Part shown: piece after piece, positions 26,093 to 38,950 of the stretch
How the letters are laid out: every line of letters starts with the position of its first letter
How positions within the stretch are numbered: position 1 is the stretch's first letter
Assembly: GCF_009914755.1 (NCBI RefSeq)
Contig: NC_060929.1
Strand: one strand, 5' to 3'
DNA length: 64,000 bases
DNA from: the human T2T-CHM13v2.0 reference genome, Homo sapiens
Notes under the pieces: model-generated
Seen by the model: only the letters and a program-made list of their open reading frames with translations
Database searches by the model: none
Told to the model about the DNA's origin: nothing
Position numbers and translations under genes: made by a program

Positions 26093-26282
26093 TGTAACTC
26101 AGGAATGGAAAACCAAATACCATATGTTCTCACTTATAAGTGAGAGCTAAGCTATGAGGATGCAAAAGCATAAGAATGACATAATGGACTTTGGAGACTC
26201 AAGAGGAAGGGAGGGAGGGGGGTGGGGGATGAAAGACTGCATAGTGGGCAAAGACTACTGCTCAGGTGACAGGTGCACCAAG
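26093..26282 (+). mobile_element. L1PB 3'UTR fragment
   Basis: actcaggaatggaaaaccaaatac..atgttctcacttataagtgagagctaagctatgagg. Confidence 0.8.
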
Positions 26283-26394
26283 GGCATTTCCTGTTCTATC
26301 TGCATCAATTTTGGAAGCTCAGATAGCCAAGGTGTTGTCTAGTAACATACACCAGGGTGACCCCAGAACAAAGGGGGATCAAACGTGAGGTTTA

Positions 26395-26744
<350 letters not shown>

Positions 26745-28909
26745 TCATTCATTCATTCATTCACTCGTTCACCATTTATGTTCCCGATGTATGCGAGGCA
26801 CAGTTCTGAGGCCCTCCTGTTGCTGTGTCACCTCCCACAGCTGCTTCCCATCAGCTGCATCCCAAACATAAGAGGAGTGTGTTTAATCAGCAATACTCAC
26901 TTTCTTCTGATTTTGACTCAAGGGTACTTCCCTGCACCCATCAATTTCAAAACCACTTCCTAAATCTGACTTAGCCACTTGATTTCATGGGGTGCCCTGT
27001 CAAATAATTGTGAAAGAAGAACATGAAGCAGGACTACTGTGGGTGGGAAAGCCCCATACTTACCTGCCCCTTTTCTAGCCAACTCATATCCTGGTCCCTT
27101 CGGGGTCCCCAGATGAAGTACCAGCAACCCCTTTCCCCACACCCCACCAGTTCAGTGGAAAGGACTTATCTTCAGGAAGATTGGATTTTATGCCTCAAAA
27201 TGAATGAATTCAGCAAAGAATTTCTGAGCTCTTCTTACGTGTAAGGTACTGTGCCGGCATGGGTGACGAGAACACAGCTATATTAACAAATCAATCAAGT
27301 AACTGATTACATATTAGACTGTGCTAGCTGATGAGGATACTTTAATCTTTGTAAGATGGATAGAGCACTTTCTCTGTGCCAGGCCCCATGCTTAATGTCT
27401 TATGTACATTTTCTCCTTGGATACTCTAAGGATTCACATCAACACTCTGAACAGGTTGAAGATAGAATGATTATCCTCTACCTGCCCCTTCCCTCCTGCT
27501 TTGTGTAGAACCCATCAAGGAGTGGAGAGGGCTGGAGATCTAAAAACAGGATCTAAATCCTGGGAAGAGACCACTTGTCTGTTGGGGTGCCCCATGCCAA
27601 CATGAGGTGGCCTCAGTTGAGCAGTATGCTGGCATTTTGAGTGGAAAGGATTTGAGATATTCCCCAGTACTCTGTCTCTGAGTTTCCCTCAGGTCCAGTG
27701 GGTGTGTGTGAGATCTGAAAATGTTCAATGCCCTGTGGTAGAGTAGAGGAAGGTAGTTAAGAAGTCAGAACCAGTTATTTGCATGGGATCATTGTGATGT
27801 GGTTTGAGGGGACACTGTGGCAGAGTCTTAGTATGGATGAGCCAAAAGTTGGGGCTGAGAGAGAGAGCACAACAGGATCAAGAGAACCAAGTGGAGGCCG
27901 AGTCACAGGGAGGACAACCTACATTTACTGTGCCACTGTCGCATCAGCTGTGGACACTTTAGAAGTGTGTGTGATAAGGAAAAAAGCCAATGCCCAGCCA
28001 TGACATTGGGTGTTACCTAGACCAGCCAGGATGACAGGTGTTACCTGCCTGGAACAGATGCCCTTCCCAAGGAAGGGGAGAACAAGTCAGGAGGGTATAA
28101 CAAGTCTGGGAACTTAATTTCGCTCCTGGGGAGACAAGAAGGAGAAAAGGGAGAGAGAGAACTTTCAATTCAGGTGAATAAATTACTCAAAAGAGATGGG
28201 CTGTAATCTCTTTTGAGTGGTGTTATCTTGATGTAAAAAGATTGATTTGGTTTTTTTGTGTCAATCATAGAAACAGTTTTTCCAGAATTGTGACTGTGAA
28301 TTTTATACCCACAACAGGAGTTTAGGTGAAAATATCCTCAACTATTTTCTTTTCTAATCTTTTGCTCTTGGCTTCCTTCTCAGAGTGCCTCCTCATAACC
28401 TGACGCGCCTGCCAGGACCAAAGTAGATCTTAAACATATAAATAATGGCTGAGGTTTCATCCTTAGACTGCATGGTTTCCCCCAGGGGAGTACATATTTA
28501 TATTCTTCTTTTAATCAATGGAGAAACCAGAGGATGACTCATTCCCTCAGAGTGGAAGAGGAAGTCATGGTGCCCTTGACTAGAGTCCCTCCGGGTTTTG
28601 GTTTCTTCTCGGTGGGGTTGCAGCAGCCCTGTAAGGAATGCATGAGGGAAGGGGGCAAAAGGTGCTGGGAAGAGAGATGGTGGCTGTTTGGACAAAGGGC
28701 TCTTTCTGTCAGTGGCTCCATCTCCACCCAGACTCAGGCTCCCGTTCAGAAGTTCAGCTCTCTTCCTTTCACCCACTCTGAGATTCACATGCTCACACTC
28801 AAAGCTATTCCCTCACCACCAGGGCTGGGAGGGACCCTGCCTACAAGCCCTTTCCTCTTCCAGATGCTGAAAGAAGAAGTAATTATAGAAAACAAACAAA
28901 ACAAAACAA

Positions 28910-29635
28910 AACAATGGCAACACTATGGAGACAGTGAAAAGACCAGTGGTTGCTAGGGGTTAGCCTGGAGAGAGTAATAAATAAGCACAGTGCAGAGAAT
29001 TTTTAGGTCAGTGAAACTACCCTGTATGAGACTATCATGGTGGATGCATGTCATCATACATTTGTCCAAATCTACAGTATGTACACCAAGGGTGAACCCT
29101 TATGTGGTAGTCTCCCTTATCTGAGGTTTTGCTTTCCAAGGTTTCAGTCACCTGTGATCAACTGTGGTCCAAAAATAGTAAACAAAAATTCCAGAAATAA
29201 ACAATTGGCAAGTTTTAAATTGCACACCATTCTGAGTGGCGTGGATGAAATCTTGAGCCATCTTGCTCTGTCCTACCTGGGACTTAAATCTTCCCTTGGT
29301 CCAGCATATCCACACTGTCTATGCTACCCACTCGTTAGGACTGAAAAACATATTGTGTATGGGGTTCAGTACTATCCCAGGTTTCAGGCGTCCACTGGGG
29401 GTCTTGGAACTATTCCTTGGGGATAAGCGGGCACTACTGTATACATTATGGACTTTGGGTGATGATGTGTCGATGGAGGTTCATCAGTTGTAACCAATGC
29501 ACCACTGGGGTGGGAGATGTTGATAATACAGGAGGCTACGCTTGTGTCAGGGCAGAGGGTGTATGGGATATTCCGTACCTTCCTTTCAATTTTGATATGA
29601 ACCTAAAACTGCTCTAAGAAATTAAAGCTTTAAAC
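28910..29635 (+). mobile_element. L1MC 3' end, interrupted by MER44A
   Basis: actatggagacagtgaaaagaccagtggttgctaggg..gtgaaccct | tatggactttgggtgatg..aacctaaaactgctcta. Confidence 0.85.
29105..29439 (+). mobile_element. MER44A (Tigger-derived MITE)
   Basis: Terminal inverted repeats gtagtctcccttatc / gataagcgggcactactg followed by TA. Confidence 0.85.
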
Positions 29636-30111
29636 AACAGCAACAGTAACCTATCCTATAGAAAGCAGTGGGGGCAGCTTCATCCTTCCCCTTCTCAAAG
29701 CATAAAATAATTGCACCTAATTTTTTTTTTTAACCAATGAGGTATCTGGGGAAATTGAAATGGAGAGATCCTCATGGTGTAGATTCAACTTATGGAAACT
29801 CAATATACCAACTTACAAGCCGGATCATTTAGGAGGTGATACTTTATTTTATAGGCAACTGCATTACTTCAACACAGGATTCCTATCAACATAATTCCCT
29901 AAGGCATTTAAGAATTTGCTTATAGATCATGACTATTTTAGAGAAAGCAGAGGCAGGCAGAAAATCATTTTGGAGCCATCATCTGTTATAATTCTGGCAG
30001 AAGTAAAGTAAAAAGATGAAGTATCTCTGAAATCAAGTAAATCAATAGGAAAACAGGATGGATTTCCCAAATTCAATTTATACACAACTTTTTATAGCAT
30101 TATAAAATATA

Positions 30112-30409
<298 letters not shown>

Positions 30410-31219
30410 TTAACCTTTCCAAAGACTCAACGTTGACTATATATGCTGAACTAGACAGTTTATTTGCATGAATCCTCCTAACAGCCATGAGAGGTAGCTA
30501 TCAGTCTCCTCATTTTATAGATGAATAAACCGAGGCCTGGGATAGGGAAAAGACTTGTCGAAGGTCACAGATGTTTCAAGTTCGTATTAGTGTAGTCCAT
30601 AAATCCAACTGTGTGTGTGGCTCTTTTTTGGGAGCATGGGGAACAAAACACAAGGGGCTAGTCAGCATTCACTCCTCTATTTGAAAAATATTCTTTAAAA
30701 AGGAAACTATTTTTGGATAGGGAATTAAAGAGTAAACATGAGTCTCTGCTAGTTTATTTTCACTGAGTGCACACACTCCTCCAACGATAATTCATTCAGG
30801 ATGTGAGCTGGAACTCATTAGAAGTCACCAGGCCTGGGGGAGTAGATAAAACCACGATTAAAGACATCTGAGCCCTTTAGGACAATTTATTATCTTGGAT
30901 TTCATATTTAATAGGAGACATTAATTCACAAAAGAAGTCCTCAGGGCAAGCAAATAATGCCCTATAATTGCTGTAGGGCTCTGGGGTTTCCAAGCATGCA
31001 CTTGCTCCTGGGCTGGGCGAGGTCCTAGGTTTGCTGGGAGGTTCCAGGCCCAGGAACTCCTCTGAAGCTCTGTCAGTTTGGCATTGCAGGAGGAAGAGCT
31101 CTTGCCAAAAACCAGAACATAGCTTCAAGTTATTTGTTATAAGTTGGCTATTTTTTTTTCCTCAAAAGCCTCTCCATTCATGCCAATGGGAGGGGAAACA
31201 ACCCAGTAGATAGGTCTGA

Positions 31220-31630
<411 letters not shown>

Positions 31631-31779
31631 TGAAACGAAGAGTTTGGATGACAGAGTCTCTAAAGTCCTTTTCAAATCTGTGGCAGAGTTAGAGAGGCAG
31701 AGTGGGGAAAAGCGTCCTGGAGTTCAAATCCCTGCTCAGTCCCTTCCTGCATGTGGAATGTTGGAACTATAATCACAAT

Positions 31780-32115
31780 ACCAGCAAAAGAGTGTTGATT
31801 ATCTACTAAGTGCCAGACATTATGCTGAATCCTAGAAACACTGAGGCGATCCTATGAAGTAGGTACTGCAATATCTCCATTTCATTGTTGAGGCAACGGG
31901 AGCATAAAGGGACTAAGTGACTTGCACAAGGTCATATGGAGCAGGATATTTTGGATCCAGGTAGTCTGACTTCAGCATCTGCACTTCTACCCACCACCAT
32001 CTTCACCCATAAGATGGGATAACTGCCCACCTTATAGCGTTATAGTGAGGATGAAAGGTTGTCCTGAATCAAAGTGCTTAGCATGGATAGTTCCTGACCC
32101 ATAGTAATAGCTTGT
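31780..32115. mobile_element. MIR fragments in both orientations
   Basis: ctaagtgacttgcacaaggtcata (minus); cttatagcgttatagtgaggat..aaagtgcttagca (plus). Confidence 0.6.
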
Positions 32116-32127
32116 GAAGTAAATTGG

Positions 32128-32400
32128 GTTTGTTTAACTGGAGAAGCTAATGAGAATAGGAGACTTAATTATTGCCTTCAAATATATGAAAGATTTTTAA
32201 TGATTCACTTATGTTTGATGAATATCAAGCCTCCACAGAGCCAGACTAAATGCTTTGTATTATTCTTAAGTCTGTGTCATCCAGGAAGAAAATTCAATTT
32301 AAACAGGAGAAATTTAATTAGACATAAAAATAACTTGACCTTCATACTGGGTATAAAATTTCAGAATAAATGATTGCAATTAGCTGTGAAGTTTGTATAC
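32128..32400 (+). mobile_element. L3/CR1 ORF2 3' remnant
   Basis: ggagacttaattattgccttcaaatatatgaaa encodes GDLIIAFKYMK, resembling CR1 GDLIAVFKYLKG. Confidence 0.65.
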
Positions 32401-32430
32401 ATGATGTTGAAATAGAGAATTACTATTTGA

Positions 32431-32555
32431 AGGCCTGCCATGGACAATTGTGCAAGTTGTTTACTGCACGTAACCAGGGACTGCCATTTACACCATAGTC
32501 TATGTGAATGGTACCCTCTGGAGATGTGCAATACATAATTTGCATATCCTTTTAT
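32431..32555. mobile_element. MER91-type hAT-Tip100 MITE
   Basis: tgtgcaagttgtttactgcac..gccatttaca..atagtctatgtgaatggtaccctctggagatgtgcaa (quasi-palindromic). Confidence 0.6.
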
Positions 32556-32984
32556 CCTGCCTATTAACCCTGAAATGTTTAGATTGAGGCTGGTCCCATT
32601 CTAGCTGTAGGAATCCATGGCTTTGAATGAAAGTTGAGAGTTCAGACAATTATCTAAGAAAGGTAAATATGTGTTTTGTACAATATGACTCACCACTCAG
32701 GATTCCATGGCAGTCACAGATAGTAGACCAAGGCCTCAGAATCTTCTCAATGCAACACTCCAGGGAATTGCTATCAACAAATCAGATCTGCCACTTTATC
32801 TAAAACACAAAAGCTGTTTAACATAGTGATCAGAAGCCTAGGCTGGAGCTATAATGACTGGGTTCAAATCTAAGCTCTGATACTTATTAAACTGATGACC
32901 TTTGAATCAGAAAGGAAGCATTTTACTGCAAATAATAGAAACCAAACTAAAAGTGTGTTAACAATAAGAAAAAATTGTTAGCCC

Positions 32985-33921
<937 letters not shown>

Positions 33922-34064
33922 TATCATATTACAAGGCCAGAGAAAAGACAGTGCTGGGGTTGGCCAATTTGGCAGCTTAATAACATTGTTAAGGACAAAT
34001 TTCTTTTTATTCTTTTAGGCTGTCATCCTCCTTCTATCAGCTTGTTCTTTGAGCTGACTCCTCT

Positions 34065-34606
34065 TGTTACTGGCTGGGAAGTCTTGACTATGAGTTGTTC
34101 AGGTTCTTGGCACATTGAGCAAAGAATTGAACAAAATGCACAAACAAAGCAATGGAAGATGAAGGCACAGATTTGTTAATATTAAAGCGAAAGTATATTC
34201 CATAGAGTGTTTGTGGGCTTGAGCAAGCAGCTCAAGAGCCTTGAGTATAATGTCCCCTGGGGTTTTTATTAACTAGAAGAACTTAATAACACCCTTTAGA
34301 GGCTTCCAGTTGGTTAAACCCTATGCGAATGAAGAATTGGCCTGTGACCAATCAGAGGCTAGAGCCCCTATGCAAATGAAGGCTTTGCCTGTGGCCATTC
34401 AAAGGGCTAGGTAAAGGCTGGGCTCATGGCCAATCAGAGGCATTTCCTATTTGTTGACGGGGAAAGGAGTTTTGCTGAGGGAGGGGCCTCCAGCCCATTT
34501 TCACCTGGGCATGGAGAGGTGGGGTTTTCCTTTTGGTTCAATTCTAAGAAGAGAGCCATGAGTTGCTCTTAAGCTCCCTGTCTCTAGACCCTATTCTCCT
34601 ACCTTA
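34065..34606 (-). mobile_element. MER51-family ERV1 solo LTR
   Basis: tgttactgg..gtcttgact..caggttcttggc..aaagaattg and agaccctattctcct; exact 4-bp TSD ctct at 34061 and 34607. Confidence 0.85.
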
Positions 34607-35070
34607 CTCTCATGATTCTATGAAGACTGCTGCAGTTCTAGGTACTCCAGACAGATGACAATGTCCAGAGACAGAAAGAAAGTCTCTCTCATGTATCTCC
34701 TTTTAGTCTGCAAGGATTCCTAGCAGACTTCTTTTCATTTCTTCTTGTGTACAATTGTGTCTCATATGCATAATCATGACCAATGCGAATGGGATTACCA
34801 TTGACTTAAGCCAATTATGACGTCCCCCTGGGCCTAGGGTAGGACTCCACTCCCCTGCAACACACGATCCTCTGAACAAAACTGAGGTTCTTCTAGCAAG
34901 GAGAAGACAGGGAGAATGACTATCAGTTAGTCAATCAGAAGTATCCACCATACTCCGCAAATTGCTTATCTTTTTTGGCTTTAGTATTTTCATGTGTAAA
35001 ATGGCAATAGTAATAATAATAATAATGACAACTACCTCAAAGGGTAGTGAGGATTAAATAATGCATGTAG

Positions 35071-35190
35071 GGCTGAGCACAGTGGCTCATGCTTGTAACC
35101 CCAGCACTTTGGGAGGCCTAGATAGGAGAATTGCTTGAGGCCAGGAGTTCAAGATCAGCCTGGGCAACAAGGCAAGACCTTATTTCTAAA
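35071..35190 (+). mobile_element. Alu left monomer (FLAM-like)
   Basis: ggctgagcacagtggctcatg..ttgaggccaggagttcaaga, single arm. Confidence 0.88.
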
Positions 35191-35209
35191 TATATATATG
35201 TGTGTGTTT

Positions 35210-35240
<31 letters not shown>

Positions 35241-35383
35241 GTATACTGCTTGTATATATATACTGCTTATATATATATAAACTGCTTATATATATATAAA
35301 CTGCTTATATATATATAAACTGCTTATATATATATAAACTGCTTATATATATAAATAAACTGCATATATATATATAAATAAAC

Positions 35384-35428
<45 letters not shown>

Positions 35429-35432
35429 TGCT
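35190..35432. repeat. (TA)n microsatellite plus ~19-bp minisatellite (ctgcttatatatatataaa)n
   Basis: About 8 directly visible units followed by a pure (TA)n run. Confidence 0.95.
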
Positions 35433-35749
35433 TAGAATAGTGCCTGATATATGGTAAGGGCTCAAGAGATGTTTAGCATTGATTGATACTGTTCCTGTTT
35501 TCACTGTTGTTATCATTATATTACCCTATATCTAGATAGGCAAAGTCTCAACCTGCCACTGAAGAAAAGGAAAATGAGGGCTTAAACTAGCCTTAGATAT
35601 TAGTACAGATAGTCGTTGGTCAACAGACTTTTTTCTTGAGCAAGTCCTCTATACTAGGTATTGTTCCCAATGTAGAAAGAATTCAAAACACAGCTCTGAG
35701 GAGTTTATGTTCTGGTTGTAGAGGCAACTAGAGAGTTGGAAAAAAAAGT

Positions 35750-36112
35750 AGAGATCTCTTGCCTTCTAGCCTCTTCGTATACTCTTTCCTTTGTCTGAAA
35801 CACAATTTATCACCACCTCTCTCCTACCTTAGCCTGGTGAACTCGTATTCACCTTATTACGTCAGCTTAATTGCTTCCCTGACCCCAGATTTTAGGTAAA
35901 CTGTCTATGCGAATGCTTTCATAATTGCCATCATAATAGCAATATTATATTGAAGTGTGTCAGTCTTTTGTCAGTCTTCCCACTTTATGTCTAACTTCCA
36001 TGAGGGCAGAGACTATGTCTGTCTGTTTCATGACTGTATCTCCTATTCACAGTGCCTGATACAAATGTAGGCAGGCAGGGTGAACCTGTTGAATAAGGGA
36101 GTGAATAAAGGA
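35750..36112 (+). mobile_element. L2 3' region
   Basis: cttccatgagggcagagactatgtctgtc..ctgtatctcc..cacagtgcctgatac. Confidence 0.75.
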
Positions 36113-36114
36113 AT

Positions 36115-36622
36115 GTGTTTCACTTAGAACTCTTTCTGTTGTAAGTGACAGATATAACCTGGTTTAATTAAAAAAGAGATTTATAAATCTCATAACTGAA
36201 AAGCCCAGAGGTTGGTCTGATTTCAGTCGTGATTTGATTTAGGGGACTCAAATGATGGCATTAATATTCTGTCAGATCTGCCTTTTCCAGTGTGGGTTTC
36301 ATTTCCAGGCTTCCCATGGTGTTCTTGGCACTTCCAGAGTCTCATCTTTCCAATTCACCTACAAAGGCAAAGAACATATGCCTCTCTCCCACCAGTTCCA
36401 CCAATATGTGATTCTCACTGGGTCACATGCCCATCACTGAAAGAGTCACTGTGACCAAAGCTGGACTTGAGGTGGGATTTTTCTCCACGGAGTACGTGTA
36501 CGGTAACCTTACATGTTACCTGAGAGTGCGGGATGTAGTGACTCCCAGGGATAAGTTTGGGATATTATAATTAGAAATGGGGTAAATAGATGCCGGACCA
36601 CAAAACAACAGATGTTCACTAT
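36115..36622 (-). mobile_element. MLT1K-type LTR
   Basis: ttagaactctttctgttgtaagtgacaga..ctcataactgaaaag..gggtcacatgcccatcactgaa..aacagatgttcacta. Confidence 0.65.
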
Positions 36623-36692
36623 AGAATGAATGACTGAATCATACAGGACCATGTGATAAAATCAGATGTAGAGAAGAAAGTCCTGCAGAATT

Positions 36693-37195
36693 TGTGGTAG
36701 GATAGAAAAATGCACCCGCCCCTGCACCCCCCACCCCCGGACTTGTTAATATATTACCTTACATGGCAAAGAGGAATTTAGGTTGCAGATGGAATTAAGG
36801 TTGCTAATCTACTGATCTTAAAATAAGGTTATCTGGGATTGTTTGGATGGACTCACTGTAATCACAAGGGTCGTTAAAAGGGAGAAACAGAGGTACAAGA
36901 GGAGGGCAGAGTGCTGTCATGTGAGAGGAATTCAACCCTCTGTTGCCGGCCTTGAAGATGGAGGAAGGGGGCCATGAACTAAGACATTCAGGTAGCCTCT
37001 TGCAGGTAGAAAAGACAAGGAAATGGATTTTCTCCTAGAGCCTCCAGAAAGAAACACAGCCCTGTTGACACCTTGAGTTTAGCCCAGTGAGACCCATGTT
37101 GGACTTCTGGCCTAGAGAATTGTGAGATAATATATTTGTGTTGTTTTAAACCACTACATTTGTGGTAATTGGTTATAGCAATCAAAAACTAATGG
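36693..37195 (+). mobile_element. MLT1D solo LTR
   Basis: tgtggtagg..taccttacatggcaaa..gattttctcctagagcctccagaaag..gcccagtgagaccc. Confidence 0.9.
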
Positions 37196-37859
37196 CGTTT
37201 AAACAAAATAACAGACAGTTCTCATAGAAAGAACAAATGAATGAATGAATGAATGGTACAAGACCATGTAATGAAATCAGGGATAGAGAGAAAAATGCTA
37301 CAGAGTTTCAAACAGGGAGAGCTTTTTGTTGGTGTAGTCAAGAAAGGGCTCTCAGAGAAGGCAGGATGGTAGCTACAGTATTTTATGAGCTTCACACACA
37401 AAAAAGAGGGATTTGGGGCTGAGAAAAGTGGAATGTTCAAAGGCAGGAATGAATCAACACATTGGGAACTTCACTGAAATTGCAGGTTGTGGTGGGAGAA
37501 GGGTATGAGATGGGGTTGGGTAGGTAAGAAAGGGGGTCTGATGGAGCTTCTGCAAATCTGGGAGGAGATGTTTCCATTTATTCCAGTTAGCCATGAGAAG
37601 GCAGTGTAGGTTTTGAGCAGAAGCCTATCATGGTGCACACACACAGAGGTGCCCAGGATGAACTGGGGACAAAGGAGACCAGAGATGAGCCAGGCTGGCA
37701 ATGTGGAAATGCTGGGTAGGTAGCCTGTCTGCAGGATCCATGGGTGACTCTCTGCAATTGAGTAGAAATGGGAGTGAAAATTACAAAGAAAGCAGAGAAT
37801 CCTGGAAGGCAGGGAATCTTCACTTGGGGCTCATGGGTCCTCTCTCCTCTGTTCGTGAT

Positions 37860-37990
37860 TTCAGGGAGTCAATGAGACTCCCAAGATTAGATGCACAGTT
37901 AGGGGTTTTGTGAGTTTTTCTGGGGAGAGGGCCACATCCTTTATCAGATTTTCAAAGGGCTCTGTGACTCGAGACAGGTAAAAGTCACTG
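37860..37990. mobile_element. hAT-Charlie MITE end
   Basis: ttctggggagagggcc..tcagattttcaaagggctctgtgac..aagtcactg. Confidence 0.5.
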
Positions 37991-38004
37991 ATGTAAGTTT
38001 AAAA

Positions 38005-38200
38005 AATATGCTTTATTGAAGAATAATACACATGTAGAAAAGTGCACATGTCATAAATGTACAGCTTGATGGACTTGCATAAACTGAATACCCCTGAGGA
38101 ACCAGCACCCAGATAAAAAATCAGAATCATACCAGCACTCTAGAAGTTCCTTCTCAAGCCCTGCCCTCTTCCTGCCACAGTAACCACTGCTTTGATTGCT
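38005..38200 (-). mobile_element. L1ME-type 3' end
   Basis: ctttattgaagaataatacac..aaagtgcaca..tgtacagcttgatg..accagcacccagataaa. Confidence 0.6.
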
Positions 38201-38950
38201 AACTCAGCTGTAAGGTATTAAGCCAGGGCTGTATCATGTTCGACCTCCTAGAAATTGGACCACCATTATTAAAAGCAACTATAGGCTAGAAAACACATAT
38301 TGTGGATTTTCTCCAGGGGATTTCAGATAGAATTGGATGAGAAAACCACTGTGGTGCTTTGCAATCATCCCCAGGTTGTTTTGACACTGGGCAGGACTGC
38401 TCCAAGCAGTTTCCTTCCCTGGGTTTCTAACCCTCTGACATGCAGCCAAAGCTGTGCTTCCCGCGCCGGGCTGAAAATCTCTGTGCTTCACTCCATTTGC
38501 TGCATTAGTCACCGTAATCCTGGGGGCTGGGCCACGGGAAGAACAAAATCTAATTTGGGCATTTCATTTTATGAGTTGATCATTATTTGGTTTCCTTTCC
38601 TGGTTCAGAATCAAGGGCCAAGAACACAGGCTCTTAAGTACATAGTTACCATGGCATGTTTTTATGCTGCAGCGAGTGGCTAAAACACATTGGAGGGTAA
38701 GAGGATTAGACAGCAAATGGCACCCGCTAAATGTGAAGAGCGAGTCATCCTGCAAGGGGGTTACAGTGCACTCCAGCAGGCCCGATGCTGGAGGGGACAT
38801 GGATGGGCTATAATAGGGTTCAGAACTGATCTATTTGCGTTTTCAAACAACAGTCAAGTGAATAACAGTAACTGGATTACAGATTCGGCTTCTGCCTAAG
38901 CACATAAAAGCAGAGAACCCAAAACAAAAGAAATGAGACAAAGGTTTTGT
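38200..38950. promoter_or_regulatory. Candidate enhancer / conserved non-coding element
   Basis: No repeat recognised; CpGs retained; 3x TAATCC/GGATTA and 3x TTTTATG motifs. Confidence 0.35.

Noticed and set aside
25860-26282. Twin-priming inverted L1 insertion
   Set aside because: The two halves look like different subfamilies (L1MA versus L1PB), both are 3' sequence, and no shared TSD is visible
27056-27066. ATACTTACCTG as a U1 snRNA pseudogene
   Set aside because: The match stops after 11 nt; the following sequence is not U1 (GCAGGGGAG...)
35240-35435. CRISPR-like repeat-spacer array
   Set aside because: The 'spacers' are just TA runs in a primate minisatellite; no unique spacers or cas genes
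36488-36521. Small CpG-rich palindromic patch (ggtaac-cttacat-gttacc) in an MLT1
   Set aside because: The stem is only 6 bp and the 10-nt similarity to the nearby MLT1D could be chance
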